A DNA stretch of 63,964 nucleotides, the filler included, from Kipferlia bialata (Eukaryota), in the NCBI GenBank assembly GCA_003568945.1. It is 3 parts of 3 records of this genome, joined end to end, with 100 filler letters (N's around TTAATTAATTAA, not from the genome) between each part and the next. Parts side by side here need not be neighbours in the genome. Positions count along the whole stretch, not along the records: positions 47,126 to 63,964 come from BDIP01000299.1; 2 more parts are not named here. One strand, written 5' to 3'. Under the pieces are notes generated by a model. The model worked only from the letters and a program-made list of their open reading frames with translations, did no database searches and was not told where the DNA came from. The position numbers and the translations under genes were made by a program. Below, in pieces: positions 53,878 through 63,964 of the stretch (position 1 is the first letter of the stretch; each line of letters opens with the position of its first letter).

Positions 53878-55233
53878 ATGTCTGAGCACCCCACCGACTA
53901 CGCCACCGACGCGCCCGTCGAGGACAACGAGCAGAAGCCCATGGAGGAGGATGCCCAGGGCTCCTACACCAAGAAGGCTATCGTGGGTATCTGCGGTATG
54001 CTCTCCTTCGGTACCGGTACCATGGTTTCCTCCAAGATCATGCTTGACATGTCTGCTTGCCCTACCGCTCCCGTCATGCCCGACGGCTCCGCCATGTACG
54101 AGCACGGCCAGTGCGAGGCCTACGGTGTTGACAAGAAGAAGTTCGAGAAGCCCTGGTTCCAGACCGGTGCTATGTTCACTGCCATGTCCATGTGCATTCT
54201 GATGCACATTGGAGTCCAGATCTCCAACAAGCGTAAGCAGGCCCTTGAGGACCACGAGCGTATGCTCGCTGGAGGCGAGGAGACCTCTGCCGTGTCCAAC
54301 ATCGACCCCAACGGTGGATGGCTCCAGAAGGTGGCCTACACCAACCCCGCCCTCGCTAACATGTTCATCGGAGTGCCCTCTGTGTTCGACATGATTGCCA
54401 CCACCCTCATGACCATGGGACTTATCTACATCGATGTGTCTGTCATGCAGATGCTCCGTGGATCCATGGTTATCTTCTCCGCTATCTTCTGCGTGTTCTT
54501 CCTGAAGCGCAAGATCCGTCCCTGGATGTGGGCCTCTGTCGCCCTCACCGCCACTGCCTGTGCCCTCGTTGGTGTCTCTTGCATTGAGGCCTCCAAGAAC
54601 GACGTTGCCGCCGCCTCCATGGCCGAGCAGCTCTACGGATGCATGCTCGTTGTGCTCTCCCAGTTTGTCCAGGCTGGCCAGATTGTGTGCGAGGACTTCC
54701 TCCTCTCCCGTATCGACGCCGTCCCCCTGCAGGTTGTGGGCATGGAGGGTGTGTGGGGTTCCGTTGTGACCTGCCTCATCATGTGGCCCATCATGTACTA
54801 CATCCCAGGCAGCGATACCGGACACGGAACCGGTGCCACCGCTGACGGATGCGTTGAGAACATCTTCGACTCCTTCTACATGATGGCCGACAACGGCCAG
54901 ATCATTGGCTGGACCATCTGCTACTGGATCTGCATCCTCTTCCTCAACTGGTCCGGCATGGTTGTGACCGACGAGCTCACCTCCGTCCACAGGACCATCT
55001 TCGAGGCCCTTCGTACCGCCGCTATCTGGGTCACTGACCTCGCCATCAACTACGTCTTCGCCCCCCACTCTGTGTACGGTGAGTCTTGGACCTCCTGGTC
55101 TTGGATCCAGCTCGCTGGATTCCTGCTCCTCATCTTCTCCACCCAGGTGTACAACGGAATCGTCAAGTACAACAAGCTGTTCGACTACGACTCTGCCGTC
55201 AAGGCCGAGGAGAAGTCCCTGCTCGACAACTAA
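53878..55233 (+). CDS. SLC35F6-like DMT/nucleotide-sugar transporter superfamily protein (intronless)
   Basis: FEKPWFQTGAMFTAM, PSVFDMIATTLMTMGLIYIDVSVMQMLRGSMVIFSA, VVGMEGVWG, SVHRTIFEALRTAAIW; about 10 TM segments; strong C-ending codon bias. Confidence 0.9.
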   Translation: MSEHPTDYATDAPVEDNEQKPMEEDAQGSYTKKAIVGICGMLSFGTGTMVSSKIMLDMSACPTAPVMPDGSAMYEHGQCEAYGVDKKKFEKPWFQTGAMFTAMSMCILMHIGVQISNKRKQALEDHERMLAGGEETSAVSNIDPNGGWLQKVAYTNPALANMFIGVPSVFDMIATTLMTMGLIYIDVSVMQMLRGSMVIFSAIFCVFFLKRKIRPWMWASVALTATACALVGVSCIEASKNDVAAASMAEQLYGCMLVVLSQFVQAGQIVCEDFLLSRIDAVPLQVVGMEGVWGSVVTCLIMWPIMYYIPGSDTGHGTGATADGCVENIFDSFYMMADNGQIIGWTICYWICILFLNWSGMVVTDELTSVHRTIFEALRTAAIWVTDLAINYVFAPHSVYGESWTSWSWIQLAGFLLLIFSTQVYNGIVKYNKLFDYDSAVKAEEKSLLDN

Positions 55234-55593
55234 GCGTGGTATTACCCCTTGTGTTACGGCATATGCTGGTACTTTCGTCCAGCATGGCTCGCATTAACTG
55301 TGACACGCTGTGTGTGTGAATAAACTTCGTTATTGTTTGGTGACATTCGTTGATCCTTGGTACTTGTTCTTACTTGACTTGTAGTGATATGTCTACCTAC
55401 CTACCTTAATGGATTGAACATTGCTATTTGTGTTAGGTATTCATGAGTTAGGCAGAAACATGACACACTAGGCCTATTCCCAGGGACACCAGTACAAACC
55501 AATATTCTATTTAGAAACTGGTACTGTTGAACAACTGTATAGCAGCAGTCACCCAGTACCAATCAACTCAGCTACATGCCTCTACACCACTCC

Positions 55594-56860
55594 TTACAGA
55601 GGGGTGTTCCAGGCCTCGGGGATGGGGAGGCGCCTGAAGTCGATCTTCTGGTAGTCAACGCTGCCGTGCAGGGAGTTGAGCCTCCATCCGCGGTAGCAGT
55701 TGGCCTTGCCGGTGGCGGAGTACACAATCTCTCCCTCGGGGTTCATCTCGTAGATGGATGTCTGGGCACCGGCCAGGGAGGAGCCCTCGAAGAGACCGTC
55801 GTGTACACCGGACAGGTAGAAGAAGTTACCGTTGTGCAGGGCCATGGAGGATCCCATAGCGAAGGAGAACTCGGGGAGGGCCTTGCGGAACATGAACACG
55901 GCCTCCTGCCTCTCCTCGTGGATGAGCATGGCAATGGCGTAGGAGTTCTCGGGCTGGCCGTACTTCATGACGGGGGTGTTGTTGTTGTCGAAGAGAGACA
56001 TGACGTAGATGTCGTCGCGGCCCTCGATCTCGTAGATGACGGGACAGTGCTAGGGTGGGTGGAGGCAGTGAGGTGGGGAGGATAGGGGGTAGTGGTTATG
56101 CACATGAGTGATGGATGGTACCTGGTGGCTGAAGGTGTACACGTTGTTCTCGGGGTCCTTGGTGATGGGGTTGTAGTCACGGTCGAAGAACTTGAAGTTC
56201 TGGGGTGGGAGGATATAGATGAAATATACCATGGGACCGCAAAGAAAATATAATAACCAGTACCTGAAGGTTGAAGATGGGGTCTCCCTGGGGCACGACC
56301 TCGGAGCCAGAGTCCCAGTTGAGCTTGTAGACAGAGTCGTGGTTACGGACAGAGATGTAGAGGTTCTTGTCTCTGGGGTCGTAGAAGAAAGTGTTGGAGT
56401 GGGTCCTGTCGGAGGAGACGTCTCCGTAGTAGATGGCCTCGACAGCCTGGAGATCCAGGTTGAAGTACCTGGGGGTCAGGAGAGAGAGTGAGAGACCAAA
56501 CCTATATACAAACAGCAAACGTACAGGTTGTTGAACGACCACTCCTCCTGCTCCTCGAGGGACATGTCGATGTGCTCCTTGGAGTCCCAGACATTGACCA
56601 GCTTGTGGTTGGGGTCGAAGGTCAGAATCACATCCCAGTGCTCCTGGGGGTCAGGGACGGAAGAGGAAACTACATGCACTACACTGGAAGTATTACAAAA
56701 GCATTACACACCTCAGGCTGCATGGCACGCTCCAGAGGCACGGGCACGTCGAGCTCCTGGAAGGTCCTGAACCAGTCCTTGATCTTGACAACCTCGGGCT
56801 CGCGGTCCTTGTAGGTAATGAGGTATCCAGCGTACATGATGGTGGAACCGTCTGGCAGAC
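55594..56860 (-). CDS. Arylsulfotransferase (ASST)-like beta-propeller protein, 5'-partial
   Basis: THSNTFFYDPRDKNLYISVRNHDSVYKLNW, FSHQH (split by an intron), SLFDNN, YRGWR. These match the HxN...SxR, HQH, FDN and YR motifs of the ASST family. Confidence 0.75.
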
Positions 56861-57019
56861 TGGGGTGGGCTGAGGGGGGGGGGGGGGGGGGGGGGAAACA
56901 CAAAAAAAAAAATCCAAAAAGCCCCCCCCCCCCCCCCCCCCCTAGCAGTTTTACAATGGCAGTTCAAATGTGTATTATTATTATTCAAATCGGATATACT
57001 CTCCATGCTCACCCTCAGC

Positions 57020-60000
57020 TGGAGGTAAAGAACCCCCCCCCCCCCCCCCCCCCCCCCTTCCACCACCACCCCTGTCTCTGTCTTATGACCCATGACCCAT
57101 ACTAATACTCAGGTATGGCCTGAAGGGCATATCCGAGATGGTGCTGTGGATCAGTTGTCTGTCAGGTTGGTCTCTTGGGGTGCTGTATCAACCCACTCGT
57201 GTGTGGATGTCGGTGTGAGCTGTCTCTCCCACTCCATCCTCCCCTCCCCACCCCAGGTGCCCTCTCCAGCCTTGCCCCCCTATCCTCCTTCTTCCTAGTT
57301 GGGAGTGGCATCCACCTCGTCAACCTCCTGTCATGCGTGCTGCTCTGCGATGCATGCATCCTCACAGCCATATGGGCCTCACACAGGTATAGGCAGCCAG
57401 TGCGTGTGTATGTGTATTGTTTATGCTCTGTACTACGCCCATTTCATGCCACATGATCTGTGTCTGACCCCAGGGCCAATGAGCACATGAAGATTGGCGA
57501 CACAGACTTCAAGTCATTCCTCATCGGTGGGTGTATGTTTGTGTATATTCACATGGCAATCATAGCACTGTGCCACCCCTGACCCCAGCCGGTGCCCCCT
57601 CTGTGCTGTGTGTGTCCCTGGCCTTCGGTGTCATGGCACTACTGTCAGATGCCCTGGTGCCCCTGGGGGTGGGCGTGGCATGCACAGTAGGTGGGGGCAT
57701 GTTAGTATATGGATCAAAGCAGTGCTCTCCCTTCACCTCTCCCTCTCCTCTGACCCAGGCCACCTTCTGACCCTTGTTCTAGCCTCCTGTGACACTGGGT
57801 GTCTGGACGTAGACAACCCCCTAGTAAAGGGCTTTGACATTGTGTACAGCGTGGGTGTGTTCCTCCTCCCCGTTGTGGCCAACGTGGCTGTGGGGTATGT
57901 GGGGGTGGTGTTCAACATAGCCATCACCCTGCTCTACGGCCTGTGCAGCATAGTCCTTACACGGGTGGCCAGGCTCTCCCTGTCCCACAGACCCATTCCC
58001 ATCCTATCAAGGGTACTCGCCAGGTAGGGAGGGTGTGTGTGTATACGTATGGATCCCTAACTCTATCTGTCTGCCTCTCCTCACTCTGTCAGACGGGGCT
58101 CTGTGCGTGGCTATGTCCCTGTGACCAAGGCCGAGGCCCTCCGGTTCCTCCCCACCCTGGTCCCCCTCTGCCTCTGCTACGTGCTGCTGATGGCACTGCT
58201 AGGTGTGTGTCAAATATGAGTATCTGCTGACACTCCCTATTCTGCCTCCCCCCTTACACCCAGCCCTCATCCTGCCCAACCAGATGGACAATGTCCTGGG
58301 GTCCCTCCTCCTATCCATCGGTCTATTCACCCTGGGCGGTGTGTGCGTGGGATGCTTTGTCTCTCCCTTTGTCACTGGCAGGCCCCTCCCCACTGCCGCC
58401 CTCCCTCTCCTCGGTGCAGTCTCTGGTGCATACTGCCTCCTGTTCGCTAGCCCTGTCCCTCTCTTCCTGACATCTTCCCTCTGTGCCGCAATGGGCTTCG
58501 CTCAGGTATAGTGTGAATGTCACCGTACATACATGATATGCGCATATACCCCTGTCCTGCCTGACCCCAGGGCAACGTGGTGCTTGGCTGCATGACTGTT
58601 GCCACTCTAGTGCATGTGCTTGTGGCCTGTGTGTCTGAGGCCCCAGGGCACATAGCATGGGTCATAGGCACATCGGCGTCCAACAGGTACAGGGAGTACA
58701 CCCTATATGCTCATACCTCTATAATTGTATATCAGCCTAACCCCAGGGCGTGGCCTGCCTCTCTGGCCCTCTCCCTCAGTGTGCTGTCCCACCTACTGCT
58801 GTCTGCCCTGCCTGCACACATAGCAGAGCAGCCCATGATCAAGGTGGGGGTGTATATGACAGCAGCATGTGTTCATTCGTTATCAGTGAATGTGTATCCT
58901 TCTCTCCCTCCTTCCCCCAGGTGTCTGACGCTGTCTTCCTGGACTCCCCAGCTGACCAGAGCAAGGGTGCAGAGACAGAGGCAGAGGCAGAGGGCGGATG
59001 GGCCCAGGAGCCCACAGAGATGGAGGAGAGAGAGAGAGAGCGAGACCAGGAGAGAGAGAGACTGACAGACGCTGATGAGTCAAAGGTTGGTCTCTTATAC
59101 GTTATACGTCCTCTGTGTATGTATACATGTCTGGGTGCGTACCTCCCCCCCCCCTCTCTACCCCCCCAGGAGCATGCCCCCTCCACCGCTGTGGTCGAGG
59201 CCTACTCGTCCCTCCCTGTCCACACCCTCGGTGGCACCCTGTCCCTCATCCTGTTTGGGTCGTGTCTGCCGGGGTGTCTGGACGACATGTCCCACACCTA
59301 TGCCGTCCTGATAGTCCTCGCCCTGGGCTCTCATGCCCTCCTAGCTACATCTGTCAGGGACAGGCTGGGTGACTCCCTCAGGGACAGAGTACCAGTACCC
59401 ATGAAGGGGGGTGCCCTGCCCTACACCCTGGCCTACTACCTCATCCTGTGCCTCTACTCCGTCATCCCCTCTCTCTCCCTGAGGCTCTGTCTGCTGCTGA
59501 TGCTGGGTATAGTGCTGGCTGTGGCAGAGGGCCAGGCTGTGATCCAGGACGCAGTGGCCAAGCTGCCCCCCTCTCTGCCCCGCCCCTCCTCCCGCACAGT
59601 CATCGCCCTGCTCTCCACCCTGACTGCTGTGTCTGTGGGTCTCTCTCCTCTGTCCTATGTCATAGTCACAGCCATACTGAGTGTGGCAGGGTTTGCAGAT
59701 GATAACGCCAGCCCCATGGGTATGTGCTTGTCTGGTCTCTCTCTCTCTCTGCTCCTTCTGAGTACTTGCCCCTCCCTCACCCCCAGGTGCTGACATTGGT
59801 GTCGAGGGTGTCTTCTACTGTGTGGAGACTGCCTTCGAGAGTCCCTTCTTTGGAACAGCCACAGGTACGCAGTCTCTATCTGTTTCTATTTCCATTCTTC
59901 CCCCTAGTCTACAGTCCTACCCCTCAGGCGTGTCCCTCCTAGACCTCCGCCCTGCTGTCATCTCCCTCAGGGTCAGTACCGGTCTCATGATGGGGGCTGC

Positions 60001-61465
60001 CATATGCCTAGTGCTCTACACACGGTGCGGCACATTGTATAACCATCTGGCAGAGTTTATATATTGTATGCATCACTATGTAATTGGAACCAGCCCTCAC
60101 CCCAGTCACGGCCAGTCCCTCTCTGGTTCCTCCCCCGCCCCCCTCAAGAGGCAGGATGAGCTGAGGGGAGATAGGCATGGCCGCAGGGAGATTGTCACCT
60201 CCATCGTGACCAGTGTCCTCCTCGCCGCCCTCTTCTTCACCTTCATGCTGGGGCCCTCCCTCCTGTGGCTCTCTGGCCTTGGGACCCAGATAGCTGTCAG
60301 CACCGGCACCATCATCCTGACCGCCCTGGTCAGCGCCTGGGTCGGCTCTCTCCTGCCCACCCTGCTCTACAGACCCAAGATGGGCCTCATATCCGTGGTG
60401 GGCTTTGTGTATGTCGTGATCGCCGCCTTCTTCCTGATGACCCCTGGCGGGTGGGGTGTCCTCATTCTGATGGTGTTCCTGATGCTCATGGTACGGTGCA
60501 CTGCCACTGCCCCCTGGCTGCTGTACATTGTGTGCAGCGTGGTGCTGTTTGTGTCGTGTGAGCTGAGCGTCATCTCCACCCAGGACACCTCTGTCATGCT
60601 GGCCTGTCTCTTCATCATGGCCACCCTGGTCACGGCCCTCGCAGCTGTGGTCAGGGGCACGGCCATCCTGTCGGTGCAGGCAGCTGAGGATGGAAGGGAG
60701 GAGGCACTGGGAGGCGCAGAGACCCCTGCCCCGGATGGTCTCTCTACCACTGTGCCCTACAACCCCCAGACAGGGGAGTTCACTCTCTCTGAGCCCTTAG
60801 AGATTGACAACAACCTGGACGCCCCTCCCCCTGACCGGGACCCCGTCTCCATCGGCCAGTCTCTCTTTGACTTCTTCCACATCGACACCCTGACCAGGGC
60901 CAGGTACATCGTCAACTCCTCCCTCTACTCTGTGCTGGGGGTGCTGACGGTGGTCTTCTCCTATGCCGGGTTTGGGTGCATGGCACTGCTCTTCATAGCC
61001 GTGCTCAGCGGGTGGCTCATGTTCACAGGTCCCCTGGCCTCCAGCGTTGGGAGGTCTGTGCTGATCTCCCTCACTGCCGTGGTGCTCCTGTCGGTGCGTA
61101 TCCTCAGTGAGCTGGGTCTGTTTGTGCTGCTGGAAGGGTCTAGCGAGGGTGTCACCCCATACCAGTGGCACACGGTGCTCAGGGACTGCCTCTGCTATGT
61201 ATTATGCCTGCCAGGCTCCCTCACCCTGCCCCTGTACTCCCTGGGCCAGCTGGGCATCACCCCCTTCCCCGTCAACCTCATCCCCAAGGGCACGGGCCTC
61301 ACCGTATACTGCGTCATCACATCTATTATGGGCATCAGCGGCCTCTTTGCATTCTATGAGGGCATCCGGTACCTGGCCCTGCTGGGGTGGGTCGGGGTGG
61401 CAGTGGTGCTGCTCAATCAAGAGAAGACAGACAAGGCAGCGGCCGGACCCGTCGGAGGGGTGTAG
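57020..61465 (+). CDS. Very hydrophobic multi-exon polytopic membrane protein of unknown family (start not seen)
   Basis: Consecutive hydrophobic exons bounded by ctgacccag/gt; acidic loop at ~58920-59085; long last exon ~60106-61465 ending ...AAAGPVGGV*. Confidence 0.65.
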
Positions 61466-61689
61466 GTGTTGTTGCATCACTAGTTTCGAATAGACAACCT
61501 TATAGTTGTGTTATGGCTACGTATATATGCTCCAGATATAGGGTTATTATACTGTTGCCCGGCAATACGCCTTGTGTGACCCAAAACCCAAAACAGGTGT
61601 GGGGAAAACAGTCTGGCCGTTCGCCAAACGGTGGCCAAAGGGTGGGGAACCAAAAAGTGTGGGCTCTTGAAGAGACTCTCTTTACTGGT

Positions 61690-61952
61690 ATGTCTGGCGA
61701 CTTTCCGCAGAACAAGCTGCTAGGTACTAATAGCGTATACTGAGTGTGACTGTGGTTCTAGTTTCTCTGTGACCTATGTATGTTCCTATCTCTAACTCAG
61801 CTCTTTGCCAAATATCAGACCTGCTGGACACAGGTCTCTCCAAGGAGGCTGTGACTGCAGTCACATCGCTCTGTGAGATGGGCATTAACCCGGACGCGAT
61901 TGTGGCAATGATTAAGGAGATACAGAGAGCTTCTGAGGCAGAGTCTCGGTGA
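61690..61952 (+). CDS. MZT1: Mitotic-spindle organizing protein 1 (MOZART1/GIP1), 2 exons
   Basis: MSGDFPQNKLL/ALCQISDLLDTGLSKEAVTAVTSLCEMGINPDAIVAMIKEIQR...* matches the ISxLLxTGL...LCExGxNPxAL pattern. Not in the supplied ORF track. Confidence 0.88.
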
Positions 61953-62281
61953 TGAGTGTGAATTGTGTCCCTTCATTATTCCAGCTCTGTTGAACCTCTT
62001 GCCGGCGCTGGGCCCAAGAATTCGTTATGTTGTAGAAGTAGTGGGTTTCATGTGTTTTGATGTTGAATAGAATTTGCATTGTCTCGGTGAAGTGTGGCGA
62101 TTGGTTTGGTCCATAATGTACTCCTTTGGAAGTGGACTCTGGTTACCCTAAGCCTCTTATTAATACAAGAAGTACTGATTCCAGACTTAAACACACACAC
62201 ACACAAACTGAACCAAAACACAGTTATTAATAAACAACGTAAGATTTGTATCTATTAACTCCCAACACAGTGCGACGGTAA

Positions 62282-62862
62282 TTATGCCTTGAGCACAACA
62301 ACACCACCAGCAGCCTTGATCTTCTGCTCAGCCTCGGCAGTGACGAAACGAGCCTTGATGATGATGGGGCAGGCGGGGAGCTGTCCACGTCCGAGCACCT
62401 TGGTGATTCCCCAGCGGTTGAGGTCGATCACGGGGCAGTTCTCAGCAGTAGAGTTCTTGATGAGCTCGGCGCGCTGGTCCTCGGGGATCAGAGCCCAGAT
62501 CCTGTCGACGTTGATAGTCTTGCAGAAGTCCTCACCAGCCCTCTGGTGGAAGTGGCGCATGCCGTTCTTTCCGAACACACCTGGGTGGTACTTGTCGAAG
62601 TTGATGCGCATGTGGTGGAATCCACCAGCCTTTCCACGTCCGGAGGAATGCTTCCTGTGCTTGCCAACCTGGAGTGAGCACATAAAAGCCAAGCACAACC
62701 CAACTGAAAACATCAAGCCACCGAAAACGACAAAACAACACTCCAACCCCTCGATCCGCCCATTCTCACTCCTCTACTTGCCCAAAACACCTAACGTACC
62801 CTTCCGTGACCGGCAGACACGTGACCTCTCTTCTTACGGGAGTGGGAGTGAGCAGTGGGCAT
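62282..62862 (-). CDS. RPL27A: 60S ribosomal protein L27a (uL15), 2 exons
   Basis: MPTAHSHSRKKRGHVSAGHGR/VGKHRKHSSGRGKAGGFHHMRINFDKYHPGVFGK...KVLGRG...AEQKIKAAGGVVVLKA*. Confidence 0.97.
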
Positions 62863-63314
62863 AGCTTTTCTCAATCCGAAGAAGGCAGTGGCCCAACTGC
62901 ATCATTCTGCTCTTTCCCTATTCTCGGCCAAGTTGTCCGGTTATGATGGTCGGAATATTTGCGGAATAGTGAACACTTAACCAAAAACATTGTTTATGGA
63001 TTTCAGATGACCGTTGGTTGCATTTGAACAGCAGTGGAATATATATTGCATGGTATAGTATGGTGCTGTGGGCCTAAGCCTGTGCACATACAGACAATGG
63101 CAGCCGTTATGAATCAAAGTATGAGCCCGTCCCCGTTGTTGGCTTTGAGGCTGTAAAATTGATGAATAATACCATCGGTAGAATCTGCCAAGAATAGATG
63201 TATTGAACATTGGACAAATCATTTTGACACAGCAACAAACATACCAAATATATTGACATTGTCATTCACATTCAACACCTACACCTACAGGCGACACACA
63301 CCGTCACAGCTTCT

Positions 63315-63880
63315 TCACTTGAAGAGGTTGGGCTTGTAGTCGTCCTTGGAGAAGGCCAGGTACTGGGTGCCATAGTCGTGGAGGCGGTGGGCCATCCAGA
63401 AGTTCCAGACATCACGGGTCTGGCTCATCTTGTTGAGGTCAACGTTGGTGATGAGGATTCCGTCCATGGTGCGGGAAAGAGCGGGGGTACGCACACCGTC
63501 GGGGGCGGTGATGTAAGAGCTACCGTAGAACTGGCCGAAGTCCTTGTGGGCGGGCTTGGCATCGGCACTGGTGAACTCAGAAGTGTAGTGCTCAGTTCCA
63601 ACCCTGAAGGATAAGACATATAACAACACATAATGGTAACTATATCGACAAGGACAGCAGTCCTACCTGTTGATGGCAACGGTGAAGAAGTTGTTGGCAA
63701 TGGCAGCGCAACGAGCCTCGATGGGCCACACAGACTCAGAGAGGCCGTTGATGGTGGCGGAGGGGTTCACAACGATCTCAGCGCCGTTGAGGGCACAGGC
63801 TCTCCAGGCCTCGGGGAAGTGCCTCTCGTAGCAGATGGGGACGGCGATCTTTCCGTACTTGGTCTGGAACACGGGGGCCT
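63315..63880 (-). CDS. UPB1: Beta-ureidopropionase (nitrilase superfamily), 5'-partial at window end
   Basis: [21 protein letters not shown]...[76 protein letters not shown] closely follows eukaryotic beta-alanine synthase. Confidence 0.9.
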
Positions 63881-63964
63881 GAGTCAGAAAGAGTCTCACA
63901 ATTACAGGAAACGGAAGGGGGGGGGGGGGGTTATGAGGGTAGAACACTGAAAGATGAGTATATA

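Noticed and set aside
53710..55068. 452-aa antisense ORF
   Set aside because: Shadow of the strongly codon-biased SLC35F6-like gene on the opposite strand.
55576..56085. 169-aa plus-strand ORF and similar ORFs opposite RPL27A and UPB1
   Set aside because: Antisense shadows of codon-biased genes.
1..63964. tRNA, rRNA, snRNA genes and transposase or RT ORFs
   Set aside because: None recognisable by eye; covariance-model searches would be needed to exclude small RNAs.

Overview
Intron-rich eukaryotic (protist) genomic DNA. The style (short GT-AG introns ending in CT(G/A/C)AC-CCCAG, TA/GA microsatellites, long G/C homopolymers, expanded kelch-like and FG-GAP families) is most reminiscent of a free-living fornicate such as Kipferlia bialata; this is inference only. 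The window joins three scaffolds with artificial N-TTAATTAATTAA-N spacers (23486-23585, 47026-47125). Scaffold 1 is an apparently identical 11.7 kb block present twice (offset 11805, 100-N gap). It holds two tandem CUB-like single-pass receptor genes and a convergent FG-GAP/Ig-like single-pass receptor. Scaffold 2 holds three kelch-like genes, an intronless orphan, a RING-H2/MORN gene, a two-domain adenylyl cyclase with C2-before-C1 order, and a possible degenerate Crinkler-like locus. Scaffold 3 holds a PKD+BspA/DUF285 surface protein, a bacterial-type purine phosphoribosyltransferase with 5 introns, an SLC35F6-like transporter, an arylsulfotransferase-like gene, two orphan membrane proteins, MZT1, RPL27A and UPB1. 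The most striking signal is that many introns carry 15-50 nt 'echo' copies of the adjacent exon end, including its splice site. The echoes are spaced roughly one intron length (~100 nt) apart and differ from the true exon mostly at synonymous positions. All gene models were spliced by eye, so their boundaries need RNA-seq confirmation.
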